A DNA stretch of 64,000 nucleotides from Candidatus Woesearchaeota archaeon (GCA_030651375.1 JAUSFM010000006.1:12646-76645), one strand, 5' to 3'; shown: positions 18,972 to 28,088, counted from the first letter of the stretch. A program made the numbers and translations. Notes: generated by a model from the sequence alone, not told the origin.

Positions 18972-19829
18972 ATGGATGGACGTATCAAAACAGTTGTACT
19001 GCTTGGATTCCTGAGCGCCCTCATGCTCGGCATCGGTCGCTTATTGGGCGGATTTCAGGGACTGACTATTGGGTTAGTCTTTGCACTCGTTATGAACATC
19101 GGCAGCTACTGGTTCAGCGACAAAATTGTGCTTGCCATCTACCGCGCCAAGCCATTTACGCAAAAAGACCAGCCGGAGCTCTACAAAATCGTCAAAGAAG
19201 TGGCTGAAAAAGCGCAGCTGCCCATGCCCAAATTGTATATCATCCCTTCGCCAGCACCAAACGCATTTGCCACCGGACGAAATCCGAACCACGCGGCTGT
19301 TGCTTTTACCAACGGCATCCTCACCCTGTTAAACAAAGACGAGTTGCGTGGCGTGATTGCTCACGAGCTTTCACACATTAAGAATAGAGACATCCTCATC
19401 ACCACCATCGCTGCAACCATCGCTGCAGTGATTTCCTACGTCGGCATGATTGTGCGCTGGGGCGCCATCTTTGGCGGCTTCGGTGGGCGTGACAATCAAA
19501 GAGGCGGATCGGGTGGCATACTTCAATTTTTGGTCTTGGCAATTCTCGCTCCCTTGACTGCAACAATCATTCAGCTTGCCATTTCCCGCGCGCGCGAATA
19601 TCAAGCAGACAAAACAGGGGCAGAAACACTGAAGGATGGAAAACACCTCGCGTCGGCACTTGACAAACTACACGGCAGCGTTTCCAAACACCCGCTCACT
19701 TTTGGCAACGCGCAGACATCAAGCTTATTTATCGTCAACCCATTCAGCGCGCATGGACTCATTGCATTGTTCAGCACGCACCCACCGGCTGCTGAAAGAA
19801 TTAAACGGTTGAAGGGAATGAAGTTTTGA
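18972..19829 (+). CDS. htpX: Zinc metalloprotease HtpX (M48)
   Basis: PNAFATGRNP, AHELSH, ISRAREY.AD, FSTHPP. Confidence 0.97.
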   Translation: MDGRIKTVVLLGFLSALMLGIGRLLGGFQGLTIGLVFALVMNIGSYWFSDKIVLAIYRAKPFTQKDQPELYKIVKEVAEKAQLPMPKLYIIPSPAPNAFATGRNPNHAAVAFTNGILTLLNKDELRGVIAHELSHIKNRDILITTIAATIAAVISYVGMIVRWGAIFGGFGGRDNQRGGSGGILQFLVLAILAPLTATIIQLAISRAREYQADKTGAETLKDGKHLASALDKLHGSVSKHPLTFGNAQTSSLFIVNPFSAHGLIALFSTHPPAAERIKRLKGMKF

Positions 19830-19869
19830 TAATTCTTTTTTTAACCATTTTTTAAGCATACTTTTCTGT

Positions 19870-20022
19870 TCATCTCTTCTTTGGTATCTTCTGCCCCTTG
19901 TGCTGGTCATGCACATGCTGCGCAAGCGCCTTCACATTCTTGTGGCAGTGGGGGCATTTTCCTTCCTCTGTCGGCTTGACATATCGGGGAAGTATTCCGA
20001 GTTTTGCGCGTGTCGTTGACAT
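19870..20022 (-). CDS. Small C2H2-type zinc finger protein (50 aa)
   Basis: Below the ORF track cutoff: MSTTRAKLGILPRYVKPTEEGKCPHCHKNVKALAQHVHDQHKGQKIPKKR. Confidence 0.7.
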   Translation of the reverse strand: MSTTRAKLGILPRYVKPTEEGKCPHCHKNVKALAQHVHDQHKGQKIPKKR

Positions 20023-20096
20023 ATTCTGTTTTTTGTTTTTGCCATTTAAATTGTTTATGCAAAAATCATATAAATAACACCTTCTTTTTCATTTCT

Positions 20097-20573
20097 ATGG
20101 CGTCACAAACCGCAACCTTTGCCGCCGGATGCTTCTGGGGCGTTGAAGCAATGTTCAGAAAAGTAAACGGCGTGCTCCAGACAACCGTCGGCTACACCGG
20201 TGGCACAGCACCAAACCCGACGTACGAAAAATTGTGCACTGGCACCACAGGCCACGCAGAGGCAGTGCAAGTTGTTTTTGACCCCCACATCATCTCGTAT
20301 TCCGAGCTCGTTGATTTTTTCTGGACTATACATAATCCAACCGTGTTGAATCGGCAAGGGCCTGATATTGGCTCGCAGTACCGCTCGGCGATTTTCTGCC
20401 ACAACGACAAACAAAAAAGAGAAGCAGAGGCGTCAAAGGCAAAGCTTGAAAAATCAGGACGATACAAACAACCCGTGGTCACGCAGATCGTTCCTGCACG
20501 GCAGTTCTACAAAGCAGAAGAATATCATCAACGCTATCTCGAAAAAAAGGGGCTGGCATCTTGTCATATCTAA
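20097..20573 (+). CDS. msrA: Peptide methionine sulfoxide reductase MsrA
   Basis: AAGCFWGVE, TGHAEAV, QGPDIGSQYRS, AEEYHQRY. Confidence 0.98.
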   Translation: MASQTATFAAGCFWGVEAMFRKVNGVLQTTVGYTGGTAPNPTYEKLCTGTTGHAEAVQVVFDPHIISYSELVDFFWTIHNPTVLNRQGPDIGSQYRSAIFCHNDKQKREAEASKAKLEKSGRYKQPVVTQIVPARQFYKAEEYHQRYLEKKGLASCHI

Positions 20574-20612
20574 ACCAATAGGTATTTATATTTCTTCTTT
20601 GAAATATCATCC

Positions 20613-22058
20613 ATGCGCAAAAAACCATCTAAAAAATCATCAAAAACAGCATCAAAAAATGTGCTGACTGAAGGATCGATTCTGAAATCATTGCTCACGT
20701 TAGCTATCCCTATTGTTCTTGCAACAATGCTCCAGACTGCGTACCAGTTGATCGACGCATTCTGGGTTGGCAGACTCGGGGAAGCTGCTGTTGCGGCTGT
20801 TGCATTAAGCTTTCCCATAATGTTCCTCCTTTTTTCATTTGGTGGAGGGCTGGCAATTGCCGGCACGATTCTTGTTGCGCAATACCGCGGCAAGGGAAAC
20901 CAGCAGCAGGTTGATTATTTTGCTGCGCAGACCGTGCTGATGATGTTGGCGGTGTCGGTTGTGCTCACTATTCTCGGTTATTTTATGACTCCCTTTCTGA
21001 TTCGCCTGATGGGCGCAGCTCCTGACGTGTTTCCTCAAGCGGTTTCCTTTCTCCAAATATCGTTTTTGGGAATGGTTGCAGTGTTCGGCTCGTTTGTGTT
21101 CCAGTCACTCATGCGCGGCGTTGGCGATGTGAAAACACCGCTCCTTATAATCTTGGGGTCAGTAATTCTCAATTTTTTCCTTGATCCGTTATTTATTTAC
21201 GGGTATGGCTCATTTCCAGCATTTGGCGTCGGTGGAGCTGCGGTTGCCACGGTCATTACTGAAGGCCTTGCTGCCATCATCGGATTTTCAATGCTGTTCA
21301 GCGGGAAGTACGGAATTCACGTCAAACTCTCAAATCTGAAGCCACGTTTTGACGTAGTTAAAAAAATGTTTTTACTCGGATTTCCTTCGTCGATTGACCA
21401 ATCGTTGCGCGCTCTCGGATTTATCGCTATGGTTGTCCTTGTTGCAAGCTTTGGCACAACCGCGATTGCTGCCTATGGCATTGGCATGCGCATCCTTGGA
21501 TTTATTATCATTCCTGCACTGGGTTTGAGCATTGCAACCTCCACGCTTGTCGGCCAAAATATGGGTGCAGGAAAAATTGCGCGGGCAGAAAAAATAGCCA
21601 CCTTAAGTACCCTTCTCGGCTTTGGCGCCCTCACGGTTATTGGCATACTGATTTTTATTTTTGCACGGCCGCTCTCTACCTTTTTTATTCCCGGTGAAGA
21701 ACAGGTCATTGCACTGAGTACATCCTTCATCCATATCATCGCATTAACCTTTGGTCTTATTAGCATTCATATCGTGCTGAGTGGCGTATTTCGTGGTGCA
21801 GGCGACACCATGACTCCACTGGTGCTTGCGCTGATAAGCTTGTGGCTGATCCAGTTCCCGCTTGCGTACGTTCTTTCAACCTACACCGCTCTCGGCGTTG
21901 CCGGCATTTGGTGGGCATTCCCCCTTGCCAATATTATCAACGCAGTGATAACTATTCTTTGGTACCTGCGCGGCTCATGGAAAAAGAAACGCATCACTGA
22001 AGACTTCAAAATGATTGAAAAAGTCGAAGAAGCAGCGCTGACTGAAGAAGGAATATAA
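20613..22058 (+). CDS. MATE family efflux transporter
   Basis: About 12 TM helices; LTEGSI, RGVGDVKTP, LDPLFI, GQNMGAG, RGAGDT. Confidence 0.95.
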   Translation: MRKKPSKKSSKTASKNVLTEGSILKSLLTLAIPIVLATMLQTAYQLIDAFWVGRLGEAAVAAVALSFPIMFLLFSFGGGLAIAGTILVAQYRGKGNQQQVDYFAAQTVLMMLAVSVVLTILGYFMTPFLIRLMGAAPDVFPQAVSFLQISFLGMVAVFGSFVFQSLMRGVGDVKTPLLIILGSVILNFFLDPLFIYGYGSFPAFGVGGAAVATVITEGLAAIIGFSMLFSGKYGIHVKLSNLKPRFDVVKKMFLLGFPSSIDQSLRALGFIAMVVLVASFGTTAIAAYGIGMRILGFIIIPALGLSIATSTLVGQNMGAGKIARAEKIATLSTLLGFGALTVIGILIFIFARPLSTFFIPGEEQVIALSTSFIHIIALTFGLISIHIVLSGVFRGAGDTMTPLVLALISLWLIQFPLAYVLSTYTALGVAGIWWAFPLANIINAVITILWYLRGSWKKKRITEDFKMIEKVEEAALTEEGI

Positions 22059-22063
22059 CTTTA

Positions 22064-22216
22064 TTATTCTTCATACATCACTAACACATTCATTGCTTCG
22101 CTTTCTGAAGGCCCCGGGCACATTTTAATGTCAACAATTTTCTTGTGCTGGACAAATTCATTGACATCCTTTTCCAACATCCGCACATTCACATTGCTGA
22201 ACATTTTTATTTTCAT
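22064..22216 (-). CDS. Small hypothetical protein (Cse60/DUF2758-like)
   Basis: MKIKMFS...LEKDVNEFV..IVDIK...VLVMYEE; starts 1 nt after the hef stop. Confidence 0.65.
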   Translation of the reverse strand: MKIKMFSNVNVRMLEKDVNEFVQHKKIVDIKMCPGPSESEAMNVLVMYEE

Positions 22217-22217
22217 G

Positions 22218-24575
22218 CTATTCCCTCGTGTATCCTTCACCCAGCACGCGCTGGATTTCCTTTGCCTTCTTCTCACCTATCTTTTCCACGGTTTGCAGCT
22301 CGGGAATACTGGCGTTCATTATATTTTTTATGCTTCCAAAGCGTTCCAGCAGGGGTTTGCTGAGCTTCGGGCCGATGCCCGGAAGCGATGCAATGACATA
22401 CTCCTGCTGTTCTTTGGTCGTGAGTGGTTTTTTTGAATGGAGCGTGCCGTTCTTCATGCCCTCCATCTGCTCGCGCCGCGCAGTTACGGCAAGAATCGCA
22501 GCAGTATCCTTTGCGTTTTTGGTGTACAATATCGGTACGCCAAGCGTTACCGTAATCGTGCTCAACATGCCACGAATAGCATTCGGGTGGATGCTGCGCT
22601 GGGAATAGATATCCTCTTCCCCCTCGACAATCAGCAACGGGCGGTCATAGATTGTTTTCAGGGCAATAAGCTGGCTTAAAAGCCGGCCGTCAATGATTGA
22701 ATCAACAAAATCAGGCACGGTCTTAAACTCGACTGCGCATCGTGCGCTCAACACAAAATCGCCTGCCTCAAGCCGTCGGAGGCGTACCTTGATGTTCTTT
22801 TCCAAAAACTCTTTGACAATCTTCGAGCTCTTTTCGCGGTCATCAACCATAATCACCACATCGTTGCCGGTGCTGTCAACCAACAATTCATCGTGTTTTT
22901 TTTCTTTTTGGCCGAGCAGGTGTTCAATCTCAAGTTGTTTGAACACATTTTTTAATTCGCCCATGTTGCGCTGCATTCGCTTTTCTTTGTGAATGGCTGA
23001 CCAGCGGTAGGCCTCATCCCGCGTTCCTTTCGCCATCAACATGATCACACCGCCTTTTTCAAGCCTGCCAGTTCTCCCTCTCCGCTGGATATGGCGAATT
23101 GCTGATGGAATCGGCTCGTAGAAAATTACGTGGTCCACTGAAGGAATATCAATGCCCTCTTCGGCAACACTGGTTGCAATCAATGCGGTGAATACTCCTT
23201 CAGAGAATTGAATCAGCATCTGTTTCTGCTGTTTCTGGGAAAGGCCGATGCCTTTCTTTTTTGCTTGGCCAACAAAGATTTCTGATGAGATGTTCTCTGT
23301 ATCAAGCATCTTCTTAATTTTTGATGCAGTGTCGCGGTAATTCGTGAATATGATAATTCGCTTGCTTCCTTTCTCTTGTTGTTTGTGCAGAATTGTTTTC
23401 AGCGCCTCCATTTTCGGATGTTCGCTGTGCTGTTCGACCAGCGTACGCATCTTGGCGAGTGCTGTTTTGAATCGGGAATCTTCAACAAGGTTTTTGACTG
23501 CTCTCGTCGTGCTGGTTGCCGCCTGTTGCTGCAGCTTTTCCATATATCCAAAGGCCTGCTCAACTCCTTGGCTTTCCAGCATCTCAATCGCATGGTCCAC
23601 CTTCGTTGCTTCTGCGGCGAGCGAGATGCTTTTCAGAATGTTAAAATCCTTGTTTCCTTTTGCAATTTCACCATGGAGCGCACCTTGTAGACGCAGTAGC
23701 TCCGTCTTGCTTATCATGCTGGAGCTGGTGTTCAAATAGCCGAGCTGGCGTATTTCCTTCACCTTTTCTCCATGGCACTCCTTGAGTATTTTTTGAATTG
23801 CCGTATATTCTTCCGGCAGCGCGACCGGAACAACATCCATGCTAATGCTCTGCACATACGGTGCAACATCAGCGTCATGGTCGCTGCGCACTTCAGCGCC
23901 TTCAATGAACAGGTTTTGGCAGACCTCAATGATTCCTTCCTTGTCATTGCCCGGCGAGGCGGTCAGCCCAAGAATTTTTGGATACGATGCTTTTTTGATG
24001 TATTGTTCTGCAATAAATTTGTACGTATAGTTCCCGGTTGCGCGGTGGCACTCATCAAAAATTAAAAGACAGACATCTTTGAGGCTGATACGCTCATTGA
24101 TGATGTCATTTTCAACACCTTGGGGGGTTGAGAAAATGATTGTACTTGCTTTCCACAACTGCTCGCGCTTTTCCGGCTTGACAAAACCGGTAAAAACAGT
24201 CATATCTTTTTCTGGCAGGGTGCTGTATTTGAGAAATGATGCCTTATGCTGCTCTGCCAGCGGCCTCGTTGGCGCGAGGAAAAGAATTTTCGAGGTGGGA
24301 AATGATTTCAGCCGCTGGAGGGCAAGCATAAGCGCGATGGATGTTTTGCCGAGGCCCGTGGGGAGCACGACGAGCATATTTTTTTGAACACAGGTTGCCA
24401 AAATAGTTTGCTGGTATATTCTCGGCTCGAAATTGCGGATGGTTAACGGTTGGGAGTTTTGCGTTTGGAGTTCGCCATCGGTTGTACCTGGTTGCTGCTC
24501 TGGCATTAATGGTGCACGAAGCATTTCTGCAATTCTCTTTGCACCGATATCATCAGAAGCATCAGTCATGGTCAT
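22218..24575 (-). CDS. hef: Hef (FANCM-like) helicase-ERCC4 nuclease
   Basis: LPTGLGKT, DECH, LGLTASPG, QRRGRTGR; ERCC4 VDDRE/EFKT; C-terminal HhH (LPGIGP, VEKIG). Start uncertain. Confidence 0.95.
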   Translation of the reverse strand: MTMTDASDDIGAKRIAEMLRAPLMPEQQPGTTDGELQTQNSQPLTIRNFEPRIYQQTILATCVQKNMLVVLPTGLGKTSIALMLALQRLKSFPTSKILFLAPTRPLAEQHKASFLKYSTLPEKDMTVFTGFVKPEKREQLWKASTIIFSTPQGVENDIINERISLKDVCLLIFDECHRATGNYTYKFIAEQYIKKASYPKILGLTASPGNDKEGIIEVCQNLFIEGAEVRSDHDADVAPYVQSISMDVVPVALPEEYTAIQKILKECHGEKVKEIRQLGYLNTSSSMISKTELLRLQGALHGEIAKGNKDFNILKSISLAAEATKVDHAIEMLESQGVEQAFGYMEKLQQQAATSTTRAVKNLVEDSRFKTALAKMRTLVEQHSEHPKMEALKTILHKQQEKGSKRIIIFTNYRDTASKIKKMLDTENISSEIFVGQAKKKGIGLSQKQQKQMLIQFSEGVFTALIATSVAEEGIDIPSVDHVIFYEPIPSAIRHIQRRGRTGRLEKGGVIMLMAKGTRDEAYRWSAIHKEKRMQRNMGELKNVFKQLEIEHLLGQKEKKHDELLVDSTGNDVVIMVDDREKSSKIVKEFLEKNIKVRLRRLEAGDFVLSARCAVEFKTVPDFVDSIIDGRLLSQLIALKTIYDRPLLIVEGEEDIYSQRSIHPNAIRGMLSTITVTLGVPILYTKNAKDTAAILAVTARREQMEGMKNGTLHSKKPLTTKEQQEYVIASLPGIGPKLSKPLLERFGSIKNIMNASIPELQTVEKIGEKKAKEIQRVLGEGYTRE

Positions 24576-24659
24576 CCCTGTTCGTGGCACCAGATAGTAT
24601 GTTAAATCGCCTCTGTTTTCAAAGCTTTCGATCATGGACGGCCTCTTTTTATATTTTGG

Positions 24660-24674
24660 AAAACTATTTATATC
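24660..24674 (+). promoter_or_regulatory. BRE/TATA promoter of sRNA-1 (AAAACTATTTATATC)
   Basis: An identical motif recurs 97 nt downstream; 29 nt from TTTATA to the G of the GYTCTGGAC motif in both copies. Confidence 0.75.
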
Positions 24675-24695
24675 TCAATTACTTTTTTTTACTTT

Positions 24696-24729
24696 GCTCT
24701 GGACTTGGCGTTACCGCGTTATGCGGGCA
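24696..24729 (+). ncRNA. Putative anti-tRNA small RNA 1 (orphan in this window)
   Basis: GCTCTGGACTTGGCGTTACCGCGTTATGCGGGC between a TATA promoter and a T7 tract; paralogous start to sRNA-2. Confidence 0.65.
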
Positions 24730-24756
24730 TTTTTTTCTTTTTTTCCTCTGTAAACA

Positions 24757-24771
24757 AAAACTATTTATATC
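24757..24771 (+). promoter_or_regulatory. BRE/TATA promoter of sRNA-2
   Basis: AAAACTATTTATATC, duplicate of 24660-24674. Confidence 0.75.
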
Positions 24772-24791
24772 TGAATCATTTTCTTATTATT

Positions 24792-24822
24792 GGTTCTGGA
24801 CCTCCCCCTGGTTGGGGATCGC
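24792..24822 (+). ncRNA. Putative small RNA 2, antisense to atypical tRNA A
   Basis: 24792-24809 is identical to 24927-24944 (18 nt); 24810-24822 matches 24951-24963 at 11/13 (AA to GG, G:U-compatible); ends in T7. Confidence 0.75.
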
Positions 24823-24853
24823 TTTTTTTCTTTTACATTTTTTTTGAACATAA

Positions 24854-24967
24854 CGCTGGCGCCGGGAATTTCACTCAACGGGAAACTCCCACAGAGGTTT
24901 GAACCCGGATACCCTTTCGGGATGGAGGTTCTGGACCTCCCCCTCAACCAGGTTGAAGATCGCCAGC
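24854..24967 (-). tRNA. Atypical type II tRNA A, anticodon CAG, G73, 30-nt T-loop intron (24868-24897)
   Basis: GCTGGCG/CGCCAGC-G acceptor; GGAGG-TCCAGAA-CCTCC; V-arm CCC-GAAA-GGG; BHB (TTCA/TGAA helix, AAC and ATT bulges) whose removal restores CCGGG-TTCAAAT-CCCGG; TATA at 24995-25002. Confidence 0.85.
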
Positions 24968-25021
24968 GTTACTTGTACTAAAAACTAATTCTGGTTTATA
25001 TACCTCACGCGCATCTGTCCA

Positions 25022-25101
25022 GTGTCCAGTGGTGGGGGGTTTTGGGGTTTTAGGCCTTGGGCATTTGGTTTATGGGGTTTATGGCGTGTCCAGTGGTGGG
25101 G
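25022..25101. repeat. Two copies of GTGTCCAGTGGTGGGG within a G/T-rich tract
   Basis: Copies at about 25022-25037 and 25086-25101, plus a partial GTCCAGTG at 25017. Confidence 0.7.
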
Positions 25102-25160
25102 TTGGCGTTAAGATTGGATAAAAGGAAAAGCTAGTTAATCATCTCTCTTCTAAGAACTTC

Positions 25161-25664
25161 CTATGTTGATTCTAGATCCTGGTGGAAAATCACCGTTTTA
25201 CATGTGCGACAGCTGAGTTGCGCTTCAAAACCATAACTTCCTGTTTTCTCTGGCTGACCGACAACAATGCCCTTACACCCACTACAGTCATATGCAATAA
25301 CATCGGTTAAATCAATACCATCGGGAGTTCTTTCGTCCAGCACGAGCCCTATACCTTCCGATTCTTGCAGATGATACATCGGTAACTCTGGTGATCTGCT
25401 CCATGGTCCGACCCGTTTTCTGAGCTCATCAGTTGAGGCCACTATTGTTCCTTCAATGCCTGCAATCTGAGCTCGGGCAGGCGAAATATTCTCAACAGTA
25501 GGCGATTCTACAACAACGTCTGTCAAGCCTCTTGCTGCATACACTTTTAAGATATCGTTCGGATTTCCGGTTGCATAGCCGAGAACAGTATCCACCACAC
25601 CAGTTCTCTGTTGCGTGACAGCCCAGATAAGATACGGGTTATTTATTGTCCATTCTTTAGCCAT
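25161..25664 (-). CDS. Hypothetical protein with C-terminal Zn ribbon
   Basis: CSGC...CRTC; start MAKEW. Confidence 0.7.
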   Translation of the reverse strand: MAKEWTINNPYLIWAVTQQRTGVVDTVLGYATGNPNDILKVYAARGLTDVVVESPTVENISPARAQIAGIEGTIVASTDELRKRVGPWSRSPELPMYHLQESEGIGLVLDERTPDGIDLTDVIAYDCSGCKGIVVGQPEKTGSYGFEAQLSCRTCKTVIFHQDLEST

Positions 25665-25768
25665 TAAATGCAGAATTCTCTGGTCATTAATAAAAATATA
25701 GGAAGTAAAGAACAACAATCTTTTTCACCCCCACAATCTTTTTATGTGTGCTCAGTTTCATTCGCACT

Positions 25769-26272
25769 ATGGTTACTGCTGAAGTACATATTGGTGACGG
25801 AGTTCCGCGCGATTTAGATCATTATTTTATAACTCTTGCTGACACTGTTCTTGCGCTTGAACGAGAAAGCGGTGAGCCATCGCAATTAGTTGCCCGTGTT
25901 GGTGAAACACTTCTTATTGTCGGTGACCTGCGAAAACGAGACGGACCGTACGTTCTTGATATGAAGAAAGAATACAATCCTGATCCCTATAACAAAAATA
26001 CGCTCCCTCTACCTAACCCCTCTGCACATTTGGCAGCAACCTACAATTCGTTTGGGGATATTGAAACAGCGGTTGAAGACGAACGTACAGCAACATACTT
26101 AACGTCACGAAGAGATCAACGCCCGCACCTTATAGGTCGTCCTCGAACTGGTTCATATGGCATCGGATTTCTTGTTGGCGGCGAAGATGAAGGGTATGTA
26201 AGCGTTGGACGTGTGATTCCACCACTTCTTAAAGAGCGAGAATCTGTTTCAATTGACGTGCTTGTGGATTAA
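25769..26272 (+). CDS. Hypothetical protein
   Basis: 167-aa ORF filling the gap; no motif recognised. Confidence 0.65.
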   Translation: MVTAEVHIGDGVPRDLDHYFITLADTVLALERESGEPSQLVARVGETLLIVGDLRKRDGPYVLDMKKEYNPDPYNKNTLPLPNPSAHLAATYNSFGDIETAVEDERTATYLTSRRDQRPHLIGRPRTGSYGIGFLVGGEDEGYVSVGRVIPPLLKERESVSIDVLVD

Positions 26273-26322
26273 GCTTTTCCTTCCCAACAATCTTTAAAAA
26301 ACACCGTCGTTCTCCAACATCC

Positions 26323-26913
26323 ATGAACCGCACCCTGCTCATTCGTTGTTTCCTCTGGACCTGCGTCTTTACGCTTGCAGCATGGGGCGTCCTTTCGTTT
26401 GGCGCCGACCCTGATTTTGTGTTTGACAAATTTTTGAGCGCTGGCTTTTTTGTGCTCCTGCTTGTGTTCTATGAGCGCTTTCGCCTGAATCTCAAAATAA
26501 TCATTCCCGTTGTTTTTGCCATTGCCCTCCATCAAGCAAAACTCTACGGCGCCGTATTTTTCGGTTTCATTCAGTTTGACATGATTATGCATGTGGTCGG
26601 TTCGTTTGCTGTTGCACTCGTTGTGTACCAATGGCTGATTCACGAGGAGCGCAGCATGCAGTACTGGAAAAAAGTCGCGTTTCTTACGATTCTCGTTGCC
26701 ATGGGCATCGGCGCGGTGCTTGAAATTGTCGAATATTTTGGCTACGCCAATCTGCCAGAAGGTGGCGGAATTCTCCATTACGGCGAAGGCGATGAAGGCG
26801 GCTGGTCAGACACAATCCAAGATATGATCTTTAATGCGTTTGGCTCATTAGTGGCAGTGGTGATTATGTCCATCAGTGTGCTGCGACATAAAAGAACTCA
26901 CTCAATTAGTTAA
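26323..26913 (+). CDS. DUF2238/VanZ-like membrane protein
   Basis: Multiple TM helices; FDMIMH, LEIVEY, WSDTIQDMIFN. Confidence 0.75.
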   Translation: MNRTLLIRCFLWTCVFTLAAWGVLSFGADPDFVFDKFLSAGFFVLLLVFYERFRLNLKIIIPVVFAIALHQAKLYGAVFFGFIQFDMIMHVVGSFAVALVVYQWLIHEERSMQYWKKVAFLTILVAMGIGAVLEIVEYFGYANLPEGGGILHYGEGDEGGWSDTIQDMIFNAFGSLVAVVIMSISVLRHKRTHSIS

Positions 26914-26914
26914 T

Positions 26915-27979
26915 TTATTCATCAATCGTCTTGCTCAAATCTTCAATCATTGCCTCATCCGGAACATCATCAGCAGCAGCCGGTACCGGAGCAGGCACTC
27001 CTTTTATTTTTCTCAAGCGCTCAATCTCTTCCTGCGGGTTCAGCTCAACAACGCGGTTTGCAGTCAATTCAATTCTATCAGTGTAGGTATTCTTTTTGAC
27101 GCGCCCTAAAATTTTTATTGTTTTTCCCAACACGTCCTGCCGAATTGTTTCAAATGCAATGGGCTGGCTGTTGATGGCTTGTAACTCATCATGGCTCTTG
27201 TTCGTAAGGCGTTGGAGCTGGTTGCTGAAAAAAACCGTGCGGATGGTTGCCGTGCCGTCGTCAAGCACCATGTTTGCCACATACGAAAATGAGGGCGTAA
27301 CAGCACCGTGGGTGTCACAGAGTTTGTCGGTATTTTGCTGCTTGACCTTGCGGTTGCAGTGCGGGCACACTTCAAAAAATTTCGGGTCAAACACCTGCAC
27401 CATGATACCGACGACTTCGGCATTGTCGTCCTGTTCAGTTAAGTCAGCGATTGCTTTTCTGTTGCCATCCTGCATTTCTCCAACCACCTCATCAGGTGGA
27501 TTGAGAATGATATTTGAGTTATCGCGTAGGTGCACTTCTTTTCTGCCCTGATTATCTTTGACATACGCGAATTGCACTTTCACGACCATGCCCTTTTCGA
27601 GTTCTTTCAGTTTGTCGGTCTGTGAGCCCCAGAGCACAATTCGAATGCCTCCTGTTTCATCCGCAATAAGAAAACTTCCCACCATGCCAGTGCGTGTCCC
27701 TGACTGGAAACTTCGAGCTTCAAAAATATCCTTCACTCTGCCGGTTATTTCAACATTGCGCATGCCGGGCAATAAAGAATTTATTTTCAGCCTGCCCGTC
27801 TCTTCATCAAAAAGCTTGACTCCGTGCTCGTTCGCAATAATGTGCGCTGCACCCTCTCGCGATACGAGCCCGGCAAGCTGATTCATTTTATTCTGTATCT
27901 TCTCCTCTATTTCCCCCGCAGTGAGGCCCGTCTTTTCCTGTATTTTTCCGACAATGGTCTCGTACGGTACTTTAATCAT
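26915..27979 (-). CDS. rpa: Replication protein A (OB folds with Zn finger)
   Basis: IADETGGIRIVLW and LDDGTATIR OB-fold motifs; CPHC...C..H. Confidence 0.9.
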   Translation of the reverse strand: MIKVPYETIVGKIQEKTGLTAGEIEEKIQNKMNQLAGLVSREGAAHIIANEHGVKLFDEETGRLKINSLLPGMRNVEITGRVKDIFEARSFQSGTRTGMVGSFLIADETGGIRIVLWGSQTDKLKELEKGMVVKVQFAYVKDNQGRKEVHLRDNSNIILNPPDEVVGEMQDGNRKAIADLTEQDDNAEVVGIMVQVFDPKFFEVCPHCNRKVKQQNTDKLCDTHGAVTPSFSYVANMVLDDGTATIRTVFFSNQLQRLTNKSHDELQAINSQPIAFETIRQDVLGKTIKILGRVKKNTYTDRIELTANRVVELNPQEEIERLRKIKGVPAPVPAAADDVPDEAMIEDLSKTIDE

Positions 27980-28088
27980 TTTTTACCTCAAGCGAGCACG
28001 CTTTTATATTGTTTGTGATGGTGGATTGGTGGTGCTTGTGTGGGTATATTCGACTGTATGGATTTTACTGTACGCATCGGCATCTCCG

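Noticed and set aside
24696..24822. sRNAs as split-tRNA halves or box C/D guides
   Set aside because: No T-arm or acceptor strand, no BHB-forming junction that I could identify, and no RUGAUGA/CUGA box pair.
24924..24940. Plus-strand tRNA-Gln(CTG) suggested by the TTCTGGA loop
   Set aside because: The T-loop, BHB and promoter only work on the minus strand.
24854..24967. RNase P RNA (GGGGAGGTCC resembles GAGGAAAGTCC) or true tRNA-Sec
   Set aside because: Too short and folds as a 7/5 cloverleaf; the anticodon is CAG, not TCA.
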